Position numbers and translations under genes: made by a program
Shown: positions 10,701 through 23,791 of the stretch, one piece after another
Position numbering within the stretch: position 1 is the first letter of the stretch
Layout of the letters: the number at the start of each line of letters is the position of its first letter
Source of the DNA: Anthoceros angustus
Taxonomy: Eukaryota > Plantae > Anthocerotophyta
DNA length: 64,000 bases
Direction: 5' to 3'
NCBI GenBank assembly: GCA_010909165.1
Contig: MU008165.1
Location: 620,001 to 684,000 of the forward strand
Notes under the pieces: generated by a model
Seen by the model: only the letters and a program-made list of their open reading frames with translations
Database searches by the model: none
Told to the model about the DNA's origin: nothing

Positions 10701-13700
10701 CAAATTGGAAAAGGTCAGGAGAAGCTCCTCAAGCCAAATTGGAAAAGGTCAGGAGAAGCAAGAGGAGGAGGAGGGAAGTTGTCACAAGTCAAGAAAGAGC
10801 CATTCGGCAACAACCCAAAAGGATTCTTGGAGGCAAAAGGCGGAAGAGCATTTTGCCCAATTAGAGCAAGAGAGGAAAAGCAAGGCCGAGGCACTAGGAA
10901 AGGAGAAGCAAGCAAGGAGAAGCTCCTCAAGCCAAATTGGAAAAGGTCAGGAGAAGCAGTGATGGCTACTCAAGCTATCAAAATCCGGATATGGGAGAGG
11001 AGTTGAGAAGGACCCGACAATTTGGAAGAGGAGGAGGAGGAGGAGCGCCACAAGAAGGTGGGAGAGCGGATGGAGCGAGAAGGAATGCTAGAAGCAAGAG
11101 GAGAAGGTCGAGGGAAGTTGTCACAAGTCAAGAAAGAGCCATTCGGCAACAACCCAAAAGGATTCTTGGAGGCAAAAGGCGGAAGAGCATTTTGCCCAAT
11201 TAGAGCAAGAGGAGGAGGAAGGCCGAGGCACTAGGAAAGGAGAAGCAACTCAAGAAGTGGCCGACATGAGCAGTGATGGCTACTCAAGCTATCAAAATCC
11301 GGATATGGGAGAGGAGTTGAGAAGGACCCGACAATTTGGAAGAGGAGCGCGAGCGAGAAGCACAAGACCGGAGGAAGGCCGAGGCACTAGGAAGGAATGC
11401 TTGGCAAGCGAGAAGGAGGGCTTGCCCAAGAATTAGGACTGGAACAAAGGAGGTCTCAGGAGGAGGAGCGCCACAAGAAGGTGGTGCATGACGCCGGTAG
11501 TGAGGAAGCGATTTTGGCATTATGCCCTTCGTGCAAAATTGGCCAGCCACTAAAGGAAGTGAGGGAGGAGAATGTAACCTCCATGTGAAGGTGGGAGAAT
11601 TAACCACCGCAAGAGATGCCTACAAGGGTAGAAGAGGATGGAGAGTGGCCCACGAGATTGATGATCTCCAAATGCGATCACAACTTGGGGCTCACCTCCA
11701 CAACAGATCTTGAAGGCCAACAACGAAGTCTTACGGTTGGCCAAGAGGAGGACATTGGGTCCTCATGATGATGATGAAGGAGCCAAGCAGAGGCCTCCGA
11801 TTTTGATGAGGCCATCAAAATGGACTCCGAGGAACTGAGGAGTCGAGGTGAAGGAGGGCGAGGAGGAGAAGGAATGCTTGGCAAGCGAGAAGGAGGGCTT
11901 GCCCAAGAATTAGGACTGGAACAAAGGAGGTCTCAGGAGGAGGAGCGCCACAAGAAGGTGGTGCATGTACGGTAGTGAGGAAGCGATTTTGGCATTATGC
12001 CCTTCGTGCAAAATTGGCCAGCCACTAAAGGAAGTGAGGGAGGAGAATGTAACCTCCATGTGAAGGTGGGAGAATTAACCACCGCAAGAGATGCCTACAA
12101 GAGAGGAAGGAGGATGGAGAGTGGCCCACGAGATTGATGATCTCCAAATGCGATCACAACTTGGGGCTCACCTCCACAACAGATCTTGAAGGCCAACAAC
12201 GAAGTCTTACGGTTGGCCAAGAGGAGGACATTGGGTCCTCATGATGATGATGAAGGAGAAGCAAGAGGAGAAGATGAGGCCTCCGATTTTGATGAGGCCA
12301 TCAAAATGGACTCCGAGGAACTGAGGAGTCGAGGTGAAGGAGCCACCGCGACGCCAGGATCGGGAGACGGCGCGAGAGCAAGGAGAAGCTCCTCAAGCCA
12401 AATTGGAAAAGGTCAGGAGAAGCTCCTCAAGCCAAATTGGAAAAGGTGACCACCCTACCACGGTAGTCCGCCGACTACCGCGTAGGGTGCGATGAAAAGG
12501 CAGCCAAATTGGAAAAGGTCAGGAGAAGCAAGAGGAAGTGAGGGAGGAACCGGACCCGAGGAGGAGGAGGAGGAGGAGGAAGGAAGCCCAATCAAGATGG
12601 AAAAGGCCGGGAAGGGCAAGAGCAAAAGGAGGGGTGGTGGGAGAGACAACCCCACCGGAGGAAGAGGAAGTGAGGGAGGAACCGGACCCGAGGAGGAAGG
12701 AAGGGTGAGGAATCTTATCCCACGAGTAAGGGAGGAACCGGACCCGAGGAGGAGTCCAACGCAAAAGGGCCCGAGAGATTAGGCAAAATCCGGATATGGG
12801 AGAGGAGTTGAGAAGGACCCGACAATTTGGAAGAGGAGCGCGAGCGAGAAGCACAAGACCGGAGGAAGAGGAGGAGGAAGGAGAAGGAATGCTTGGCAAG
12901 CGAGAAGGAGGGCTTGCCCAAGAATTAGGACTGGAACAAAGGAGGTCTCAGGAGGAGGAGCGCCACAAGAAGGTGGTGCATGTACGGTAGTGAGGAAGCG
13001 ATTTTGGCATTATGCCCTTCGTGCAAAATTGGCCAGCCACTAAAGGAAGTGAGGGAGGAGAATGTAACCTCCATGTGAAGGTGGGAGAATTAACCACCGC
13101 AAGAGATGCCTACAAGAGAGGAAGGAGGATGGAGAGTGGCCCACGAGATTGATGATCTCCAAATGCGATCACAACTTGGGGCTCACCTCCACAACAGATC
13201 TTGAAGGCCAACAACGAAGTCTTACGGTTGGCCAAGAGGAGGACATTGGGTCCTCATGATGATGATGAAGGAGAAGCAAGAGGAGAAGATGAGGCCTCCG
13301 ATTTTGATGAGGCCATCAAAATGGACTCCGAGGAACTGAGGAGTCGAGGTGAAGGAGGGCAAGAGCAAAAGGAGGGCGAGGAGGAACCGGACCCGAGGAG
13401 GAAGGAGAAGCTCCTCAAGCCAAATTGGAAAAGGTCAGGAGAAGCTCCTCAAGCCAAATTGGAAAAGGTGACCACCCTACCACGGTAGTCCGCCGACTAC
13501 CGCGTAGGGTGCGATGAAAAGGCAGCCAAATTGGAAAAGGTCAGGAGAAGCAAGAGAGGAAGTGAGGGAGGAACCGGACCCGAGGAGGAGGAGGAGGAGG
13601 AAGGAAGCCCAATCAAGATGGAAAAGGCCGGGGTCACCCAAGGGAGGTTGTATGTGGAAGGCCTCCTATAAGAGGAGGAGCGCCACAAGAAGGTGGTGGG

Positions 13701-16700
13701 AGAGACAACCCCACCGGAGGAAGAGGAAGTGAGGGAGGAACCGGACCCGAGGAGGAGGAAGGGTGAGGAATCTTATCCCACGAGTAAGGGAGGAACCGGA
13801 CCCGAGGAGGAGTCCAACGCAAAAGGGCCCGAGAGATTAGGCAAAATCATGGTGGGCGATGGGGATGAAGGGTGCTCTATGATAGGTATGGACAACCAAA
13901 AGGCAAGAGCAATGAAGATCCCGACCCAAGAAACCCTCACCGATGAGGAAGGCCGAATGGTGGTCTATGAGAGAAGGACCAGCACCTATTTGGTGCATTT
14001 ATGGGAAACCGAGGGACTCTCACAAGCAAGGAGCTTGAAGATGCATGGCATCCCTTTGAGGTCATCCACCTCCACCGAGGTTGGAAAAGGCCTTTGCCTT
14101 TGCATTGCGAAGACGGTGGGAGGTCGACCTCCACAAGCATGCTAGAAGCAAGAGGAGAAGATGCGAGGCAACAAGGTTGCCGGAGTGGGAATCTTTCCCA
14201 CAGTGAGCAAGCAAGGGAGAGGAGGAGGAAGGCCGAGGAAGGCCGAATGGTGGTCTATGAGAGAAGGACCACAGGAGGGGTGATGCCCGAGAGTGGGGAG
14301 TCCCCACCATCTCCTTTGTGCCTACAAGAGAGGCACCGGCTGCATCACTCCAGGGAGGCGCCCACCCAAGGGAGGTTGTATGTGGAAGGCCTCCTATAAG
14401 AGGAGGAGCGCCACAAGAAGGGAAGGAGAAGCAAGAGGAGGAGGAGCGCCACAAGAAGGTGGGAGAGACAACCCCACCGGAGGAAACTAAGGACGGGTCC
14501 GACCCGGAGGAAGGAAGGGTGAGGAATCTTATCCCACGAGTAAGGGAGGAACCGGACCCGAGGAGGAGTCCAACGCAAAAGGGCCCGAGAGATTAGGCAA
14601 AATCCGCATGGTGGGCGATGGGGATGAAGGGTGCTCTATGATAGGTATGGACAACCAAAGGCAAGAGCAATGAAGATCCCGACCCAAGAAACCCTCACCG
14701 ATGGAGGAAGAGGAGGAGGAGGAGGAGGAGAATGTAACCTCCATGTGAAGGTGGGAGAGACAACCCCACCGGAGGAAGAGGATGAGGAAGGAGAAGCAAG
14801 AGGAGGAGGAGGAAGAGGAAGGAGAAGCAAGAGGAGGAGGAGGAGGAGGAGGAAGGAGAAGGAATGCTTGGCAAGGAGAAGGAGGGCTTGCCCAAGAATT
14901 AGGACTGGAACAAAGGAGGTCTCAGAGGAGGAGCGCCACAAGAAGGTGGTGCATGAATGGTAGTGAGGAAGCGATTTTGGCATTATGCCCTTCGTGCAAA
15001 ATTGGCCAGCCAAAGGAAGTGAGGGAGGAGAATGTAACCTCCATGTGAAGGTGGGAGAATTAACCACCGCAAGAGATGCCTACAAGGGTAGGAGGATGGA
15101 GAGTGGCCCACGAGATTGATGATCTCCAAATGCATCACAACTTGGGGCTCACCTCCACAACAGATCTTGAAGGCCAACAACGAAGTCTTACGGTTGGCCA
15201 AGAGGAGGACATTGGGTCCTCATGATGATGAAGGAGCCGCAACAAGTGCAGCCAGAGGCCTCCGATTTTGATGAGGCCATCAAAATGGACTCCGAGGAAC
15301 TGAGGAGTCGAGGTGAAGGAGCCACCGCGACGCCGGATCGGGAGACGGCGCGAGAGCAAGGAGAAGCAAGAGGAGGAGAATGTAACCTCCATGTGAAGGT
15401 GGGAGAGACAACCCCACCGAGGTGACCACCCTACCACGGTAGTCCGCCGACTACCACGGTAGTCCGCCGACTACCACGGTAGTCCGCCGACTACCACGGT
15501 AGTCCGCCACGCCACCGAGTTGTTGGGAGTTGGGACGCGAAGCCCAATCAAGATGGAAAAGGCCGGGAAGGGCAAGAGCAAAAGGAGGGGTGGTGGGAGA
15601 GACAACCCCACCGGAGGAAACTAAGGACGGGTCCGACCCGGAGGAAGAGGAGGAGGAGGAGGAGGAGCGCCACACTTATCCCACGAGTAAGGGAGGAACC
15701 GGACCCGAGGAGGAGTCCAACGCAAAAGGGCCCGAGAGATTAGGCGTAAATGCATGGTGGGCGATGGGGATGAAGGGTGCTCTATGATAGGTATGGACAA
15801 ACGACAAAGGCAAGAGCAATGAAGATCCCGACCCAAGAAACCCTCACCGATGGAGGAAGGAGAAGCAAGAGGAGGAGGAGGAGAATGTAACCTCCATGTG
15901 AAGGTGGGAGAGACAACCCCACCGGAGGAGGAACCGGACCCGAGGAGGAAGGGCAAGAGCAATGAAGATCCCGACCCAAGAAGCCCGAATCGAGGTTAGA
16001 CTAGGAGGAAGGGCAAGAGCAAAAGGAGGGCGAGGAGGAGAATGTAACCTCCATGTGAAGGTGGGAGAGACAACCCCACCGGAGGAAGAGGAGGAGTCCA
16101 ACGCAAAAGGGCCCGGAGATGGAGGAAGGGCAAGATTGTACTTGCCCCACACATTAGGAAGCGACAAAGGCCGGGAAGGGCAAGAGCAAAAGGAGGGCGA
16201 GGGAGCCAATCCACCACGGACACGCCCCTACCCCAGAGGTGAAGACTAGATATGGTCAAGGGCCATAAATGCTAGGTAGAAGAATAGGAAGGACAGGTGA
16301 TGTAATCTGACATCCTTCGAGGATAGACTTAGGTGAAGTTGCTAGAATAGATTTACCAAGAAATGCATAATAGATTAGGTGCCGACATTAAATGTCAAGT
16401 GTAGGAAATAATAGAATATTGGAAAAGGTGACCGCAGAGGGTCACCCAAGGGAGGTTGTATGTGGAAGGCCTCCTATAAGAGGAGGAGGATTTCACAAAG
16501 TAAAGTATCATGTCTTGCGCCCACGCCACCGAGTCCTTTGAGGAATTTCGTGCAAAATTGGCCAGCCAAAGGAAGTGAGGGAGGAGAATGTAACCTCCAT
16601 GTGAAGGTGGGAGAGACAACCCCACCGGAGGAAGAACTTGGTGGAGGACTTGCTCACGCAAGTGCCTAAACGAGTTGCTCCCTTGTGAATGGTTGTGAAA

Positions 16701-17468
16701 TTGCTTTGCTTTGGGTGTGTGGCAAATGCCTGAGAACTCTCGGCTTGAGGGTAGACTACAGGAAAGACTCGGAGGTTCTCGCCGTCTCGTGTCAAACTCA
16801 TAGCAACCGCCCAAGGAAGAACTTGCTGGTGGAGGCGACCCTGTGCGCCAGCTGTAAGGGCGAGTCGAAACCAAGAAGCCCGAATCGAGGTTAGACTAGG
16901 AGGAAGAGGATGAGGAGATGAGAAGATGAGTAGAGGATTAGAGGTGTAGGTGTTAGTGGAAGGCCACAGAGCCTAAGGGACGAATCCCAACTGCAAGTAA
17001 ACGAGCGCCCCGAGTGGAGAAGAGTAGTCTTAGAAGTAGGGACGAAATCGCGGTGTGAACTGGGGGGTCCCCGGCGCCTGGTAGGCTCCTTGTCACGAGG
17101 CGTGACCCGCAATTGTGTTGTGTCGTTGTAGGTCAAGTTTGGTCTTAGAAGTAGGGACGAAATCGCGGTGTGAACTGGGGTCCCCGGCGCCTGGTAGGCT
17201 CCTTGTCACGAGGCGTGACCCGCAATTGTTTTGTGTCGCTGTGGGTCGAGGGTTGGCGATTTTCAAGCAAAAGGCAAGTGGAGGAGGAGGAGGAGGAAGA
17301 GGCGCCTTGCTTGTTGAGAAGGACCATGTGTTGTGAGGAAGCGATTGGTGACCAAGGCCTCGAACTTTCACACAAGTCTCATGGGACGAAACCCAACGAC
17401 GGGCGAAAGGATAAGTGTGGCCGCTTATAGTGGAGGACCTGGGAGTGCCCCTGATTCTCCCTACCACA
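7185..17468 (+). repeat. Family A 5' LTR (about 10.3 kb including internal duplications)
   Basis: Begins TGTGGAACGCAAAAGTTTGGGCAACC and ends ...TCCCTACCACA directly before the PBS. Module order is collinear with 27088-33970. Confidence 0.75.
15431..15508 (+). repeat. 20-bp tandem array of mini-hairpins in LTR A (about 4 copies)
   Basis: (CTACCACGGTAGTCCGCCGA)n; CTACC and GGTAG are inverted. Partial copies near 12455 and 13476. Confidence 0.9.
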
Positions 17469-17472
17469 TTTT

Positions 17473-17486
17473 TGGCGCCGCCGGGA
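17473..17486 (+). promoter_or_regulatory. Primer-binding site of element A, tRNA-Asp type
   Basis: TGGCGCCGCCGGGA follows the LTR-terminal CA; it resembles the complement of the plant tRNA-Asp 3' end (TGGCGCCGTTGCCGGGGA). Confidence 0.75.
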
Positions 17487-18099
17487 TTTGTTGTTGAAAG
17501 GTTGAAGTTTTGTGGTTTCCATCGCTAGGTCAGAGCATGCTTGAGAAGGGACCGAGGGTCACCATGTGTTGTGAGGAAGAAGCTCACGACCTTTAGTTGT
17601 CATCGGGTGAATGGTTGAGACACTAGAGGGGTGTGGTTTGCTTCCTTCTTAACACCGTGGGTTGGAGGACATGAGGATGGTTGCGTATGTCGAGGGGTCG
17701 ATCTAGGGGATACACGCGAAGGTCACCACCGTCACCGCAAGAGATTTACGAGCCTAAGGGAGGAGAAGATGAGTAGAGGATTAGAGGTGTAGGTGTTAGT
17801 GGAAGGCCTCCTATAAGAGGAGGAAGTAGAGTTACGAGCGACGTGGAAGAAGTCGCCTTGACATGATGGATGGAGGAGGAGGAAGAGGATGAGGAATCGA
17901 AAAGTGGAGGAGGAAGAGGCGAGATCACCGGCGAGAGGAAGGAGGTCGAGAAGAAGAAGAGGCGAGATCACCGAGAGGAAGGGTCGCGCCTCCGAGCACG
18001 AGTTACCGCCACCGCCGCGAACGCCCGCGACGCTTTGCTTCTCAAAGCGGTGACACCACCTCATCTCCAGATCGACAGGACGACGAGGTCGCCGAGCGG

Positions 18100-19620
18100 G
18101 AATTTCGTGCTTGGTCGGAGGATTTGGCGAACGACTCGATCGAATCGCTGGTCAGATTGATCTTTTGGGACGAACTAGAGGGAGGTCGCTACTCCTCAAG
18201 GATCCCGATTTGTTTCCTGTTACCCCGGCGAGAGGAGTGTTGGTCCAGGGTGGACACTCCGACGAGCAACATGAGTGGAGTTGGTGGAGGAGGAGGACCG
18301 CCCAACTTCATAGTCGCCAAGAATACGCCAAATTCGAGAAGAAGAAGGGAGATGACGCTAAGGCGCTTGTAAGAACTTTGAGCATGTCTCCCATGCTAAC
18401 TTGGAGGATGGAGACGCCGATCGACCACGATTTTTCCGGATCGCTGAGAGGGCATGCACAATGGTATGGTCGCACCTATAATTCTGTCGCCGCGATTGGG
18501 AAGCTCAAAGCATTTTCGAATCGGTTAGGGCTCACTATGCACACCACACTTTAGCAAAGCCGAGGACCCTTCAGGAAGAAACGAGAATCTTTGTTTGATT
18601 ATGTGGAGAGGTTTTACGGTATCCGGATCGAGTTCAAATGTGCACCCGAGAGGGGGGATCCACCCACTGGTACTCACAAGAGCAAGCGCTGGATTGGTTT
18701 GTGAGTGGCTTGTCTCGAAAATGGAGGTACACCGCACGTGGGACGAACTAGAGGAGGAGAAGATGAGTAGAGGGCGCCTTGCTTGTTGAGAAGGCCGAGG
18801 AATGGGAGTCCGCCGAGTTAGGGAGGAGAAGAAGAAGAAGAGGCGAAGTCATAAGAAGAGGAAAGGAACGAGAGATCTAGCTCCTCGCCTTCCGCCACCT
18901 CCTCCAGCACCCTCGCCCTCATCGAAAGCGAGGATAGCGAACTCAAGAAAGCTCCACATCGGATGAGGAATCGAAAAGGCCTACGAACGCGAATAAAGAA
19001 GGACCGGAGAAGGTCAAACGAGAAGAAGCGGAACGCGATTGGAGAAGGAGAGGAAGGGAAGACGGTCCGTCGGATGGAGGAGGAGGAGGAGGAGGAGGAG
19101 GAGGAGGAATTGCGGGACAAGTGGAGGCTTTGACCAAAAGATTGACCGAGTTAGAGGTCAAAGCTGTGAAGAATCAAGCTCCACGAAGGTCTCCCTCACC
19201 GGCAAGGCAGTTGGTGTATTGCTCAATTTGTCATCAAGCGGGACACACCAACCGGGAATGTATTCGTGCACCACGACATGCGGTAAACCATGTGGACACT
19301 GTCATGCCGGGGGACTATTGGTATGTGGATGAAGCTTATCAGGTGCAAGCGGTCACTGGGAGTCGGCCACCTCAATCCATGAGGGCGACTTACCAACCGA
19401 CTACACCAGTCCCCTCGAGGTATGGATCGCGACCGACATCGCCAGACCATGGAGACCGATCCATCGCAGAGGCCGATGGCGATTCCACAGGGGTGTTGTT
19501 ACAACGGAGCACCGTGTCACTACTCAAATGAATGTCCGTAACCACGAAAACAAGTGGGCTATGTACCCTTTTGTCAAGTGCAAGGAATTAGGACATAAAA
19601 TGGGGATCCTGTGCTCGTGA
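18100..19620 (+). pseudogene. Family A gag remnant with CCHC zinc knuckle
   Basis: CSICHQAGHTNREC at 19220-19261; a second degenerate knuckle (KCKELGHKMG) near 19575; fragmented ORFs. Confidence 0.75.
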
Positions 19621-22600
19621 GTGGCTTGTCTCGAAAATGGAGGTAAATGTGGTCGAACTCATTGATTTGGGGCACCCGAGGAGGAGGAAGAGGAGGCAAG
19701 GCCCAACTCAAACCGCGATCACGTGACCACGACACGGTCAAGGTGGAGGCGAGTATGATTCTCGACGGATCCAAAGGTGACATCGTGGATCGTGGAAGAG
19801 GATGAGGAAGGAGAGATGAGTGCGGATGAAGGATTGATGGTGGCCAAGGTGACCACCGATCGCGGAGAAAGGCCGAGGACCCTTCAGGAAGAAACGAGAA
19901 GAAGAGGAAAGGAAGGAGAAGGTGAGGGACGACTCACCGCCTCCGAGACGCGCCCAAGCGTGAGGAGGAGGAGGAGGACCGCCCAAGGAAGAACTTTGAG
20001 CATGTCTCCCATGCTAACTTGGAGGAGGAAGAGGCGAAGTCATAAGAAGAGGAAAGGAACGAACCACGCTTCCTCCCGACATCACCGAGAAGTAGCGGCG
20101 ATGCCGGAAGATGAGCTAAACAGCTCACCGAGGAGGAGAAGGAGAGATGAGTGCGGATGAAGGATTGATGGTGGCCAAGGTGAGGGACGAATCCCAACCG
20201 ATAGGAGGGATCATGGAATCGAAGCTTTACCAATAAGGTCGGAGTCGACCAGTGGCTGCAAGCGGGAGGAAACCTTGTCGATAAAATCTCCGCCACGACG
20301 CTTACTTGACCGCGAATTTGTGGTCGGAGGATTTTGGAGGATGGAGTCCGAGATCCCGCAAAATTGTGAAGGAGGCGATCGTGGAAGAGGAGGAGGAGGA
20401 GGAGGAGAAAGCGCCGGAGGTAAATGTGGTCGAACTCATTGATTTGGGGCACCCGAGATTGAGGTTGAAATTGCGGGTGTTTGGTGCCCGACGTGCCATT
20501 AGATTCGGATCGAGTCAACTTGATGACGGAGGAGACGGCTCATCAACTCGGGTTCACCGAGTTTCACCCGCCCGAGTATTTTTACGGATGGCCGACTGCA
20601 TAAGGAGAAAGCCACTAGGGGTGAGGAAGGAGAGATGAGTGCGGATGAAGGAGAGGGAGGAACGAACCACGCTTCCTCCCGACATCACCGAGGAGGAGGA
20701 GACGGCTCATCAACTCGGGTTCACCGAGTCGGCCACCTCAATCCATGAGGGCGACTTACCAACCGAGGAGGAGACGGCTCATCAACTCGGGTTCACCGAG
20801 TCGGCCACCTCAATCCATGAGGGCGACTTACCAACCGACTACACCCCTCGAGGTATGGATCGCGACCGACATCGCCAGACCATGGAGACCGATCCATCGC
20901 AGAGGCCGATGGCGATTCCACAGGTGACATCGTGATCGTGGAAGAGGAGCATGCCAAGAGGAAAGGAAGGAGAAGGTGAGGGACGACTCACCTTCCATCT
21001 TACCTACATTGTGATGCGCCGGTTTATCTAGGCTATAAGGTTTTGATAGGTAGGCCTTGGTTGTATGTTTGATTTTGGTCGAGTGGCATCACCTTCAAGT
21101 CCAAGAGACACGGACCGCGGCGATTGCTTTGTGTCATGGAGTAAGGCTCCTTATGAGGGGAGTCTGCAACCCACCGACGGTACACCTGTAGCACGGGGTA
21201 AGCTCCTGCAAAGGATCGAGCATATCGGGGTCCTCACGAGGTCAAATAAAGAGTGATTTTGGTGTATTGCTACATATAGAGGAAGTCATAGAAGAATCAA
21301 GATGAGGCCCATAGAGAAGGAGTAGCCTTTGGAAGGGCAAAGCTTATGAGCGAGACTTTCCTAAGAGGGATCCGAACCAAGATAGGCAGCATCAAGGAAC
21401 ATATGTAGATCCCGTGGAGGACTTAGAGTTAGAACCTAGCAAGGTAGTCAAGGTTTCTAGGTATCTAGGATGTGGAAAGGAAGAGTTTCAGCATGCTTAG
21501 GGAGTATGTCGATGTGTTTGCCTTCAAGATTACCGACATGACAGAATTCGGAGAACGGGATACATCGAATTGATTTGAAGGAGGCAAGACACCGTAAGGA
21601 TCAAGCAATACTCAATCCCAAGTATTCCATGGTTGTTAAGGATCAATCGACCAATACTTGGAGGGTGATTTATCCGGCTTACCAAAGGAGTGGGTTGCTC
21701 CCATCGAATTGTACCCAAGAAGCAACAGGAAAGGTTCTGTGTCAAGATTTCGTGAAACTTAATGAAGCAACGAAGAAGGACCATCACCTTTGCCTTTCAT
21801 GGACAAGTGGAGGAGGAGGAGGAAAGGAAGGAGAGATGAGTGCGGATGAAGGAGAGGGAGGAATTGCGGAGCACCGTCACTACTCAAATGAATGTCCGTA
21901 ACCACGAAAACAAGTGGGCTATGTACCCTTTTGTCAAGTGCAAGGAATTGGGGACATAAAATGGGGATCCTGTGCTCGGGTGGCGCGAGTGGCATCACCG
22001 AGGAGGAGGAAAGGAAGGAGAGGAAGAGGAGGCAAGGCCCAACTCAAACCGCGATCACGTGACCACGACACGGTCAAGGTGGAGGCGAGTATGATTCTCG
22101 ACGGATCCAAAGGTGACATCGTGGATCGTGGAAGAGGATGAAGGAGAGATGAGTGCGGATGAAGGATTGATGGTGGCCAAGGTGACCACCGATCGCGGCG
22201 GAGAAAGGCCGAGGTACGGAAAACGGCGGATGAGGAAAGGAAGGAGAAGGTGAGGGACGACTCACCTTCCATCTTACCTACATTGTGATGCGCTTGGATG
22301 GAGGAGGAGGAGGAGGAGACGGCTCATCAACTCGGGTTCACCGAGGAGGAGGAGGAGGAAAGGAAGGAGGAGGAACGAACCACGCTTCCTCCCGACATCA
22401 CCGAGAAGTAGCGGCGATGCCGGAAGATGAGCTAAACAGCTCACCCGATGGGAAGACGAATGTGAGCCGTAAATTATTGATCCGCCGGTATGGGTCCCAC
22501 CGATAGGAGGGATCATGGAATCGAAGCTTTACCAATAAGGTCGGAGTCGACCAGCTGTGGCTGCAAGCGGGAGGAAACCTTGTCGATAAAATCTGGGCCA

Positions 22601-23791
22601 CGACGCTTACTTGACCGCGAATTTGTGGTCGGGCCTGAGATGCTTGCTTGGTGAGTCCGAGATCCCGCAAAATTGTGAAGGAGGCGATCGTGGAAGAGGA
22701 GGAGGAGGAGGAGGAGGAGGAGAAAGCGGCCATGGAGGTAAATGTGGTCGAACTCATTGATTTGGGGCACCCGAGATTGAGGTTGAAATTGCGGGTGTTT
22801 GGTGCCCGACGTGCCATTAGATTCGGATCGAGTCAACTTGATGACGGAGGAGACGGCTCATCAACTCGGGTTCACCGAGTTTCACCCGCCCGAGTATTTT
22901 TACGGATGGCCGACTGCATAAGGAGAAAGCCACTAGTGCCGGGACGTGCCCAATGAATTGGGGACTCACCTTCCATCTTACCTACATTGTGATGCGCTTT
23001 TCGGATCTAGGCTATAAGGTTTTGATAGGTAGGCCTTGGTTGTATGGCAGTGGTGTTTTTGATTTTGGTCGAGTGGCATCACCTTCAAGTCCAAGAGAGA
23101 CCACTTGCTTTGTGTCATGGAGTAAGGCTCCTTATGAGGGGAGTCTGCAACCCACCGACGGTACACCTGTAGCACGGGGTAAGCTCCTGCAAAGGATCGA
23201 GCATATCGGGGTCCTCACGAGGTCAAATAAAGAGTGATTTTGGTGTATTGCTACATATAGAGGAAGTCATAGAAGAATCAAGATGAGGCCCATAGAGAAG
23301 GAGTAGCCTTTGGAAGGGCAAAGCTTATGAGCGAGACTTTCCTAAGAGGGATCCGAACCAAGATAGGCAGCATCAAGGAACCTATGTAGATCCCACGCTG
23401 GAGGACTTAGAGTTAGAACCCGCAAGGTAGTCAAGGTTTCTAGGTATCTAGGATGTGGAAAAGGAAGAGTTTCAGCATGCTTAGGGAGTATGTCGATGTG
23501 TTTGCCTTCAAGATTACCGACATGACAGAATTCGGAGAACGGGATACATCGAATTGATTTGAAGGAGGCAAGACACCGTAAGGATCAAGCAATACTCAAT
23601 CCCAAGTATTCCATGGTTGTTAAGGATCAATCGACCAATACTTGGAGGGTGATTTATCCGGCTTACCAAAGGAGTGGGTTGCTCCCATCGAATTGTACCA
23701 AGAAGCAACAGGAAAGGTTCGTGTGTCAAGATTTCGTGAAACTTAATGAAGCAACGAAGAAGGACCATCACCTTTGCCTTTCATGGACAAG
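19506..23791 (+). repeat. Internal duplication of the late gag/protease/early RT block (19506-21807 and 21868-23791)
   Basis: GGAGCACCG(TG)TCACTACTCAAATG starts both copies and CCTTTCATGGACAAG ends both. Confidence 0.85.

Noticed and set aside
5512-16260. Many E/R/G-rich (+) and S/P/L-rich (-) ORFs, also at 27.5-32.8 kb
   Set aside because: By-products of stop-poor (GAG/GGA)n low-complexity patchwork, not genes. Only the DWG/YLVHL block was kept as a coding relic.
17473-17486. tRNA gene
   Set aside because: Only a short complement to a tRNA 3' end (a PBS); no cloverleaf.
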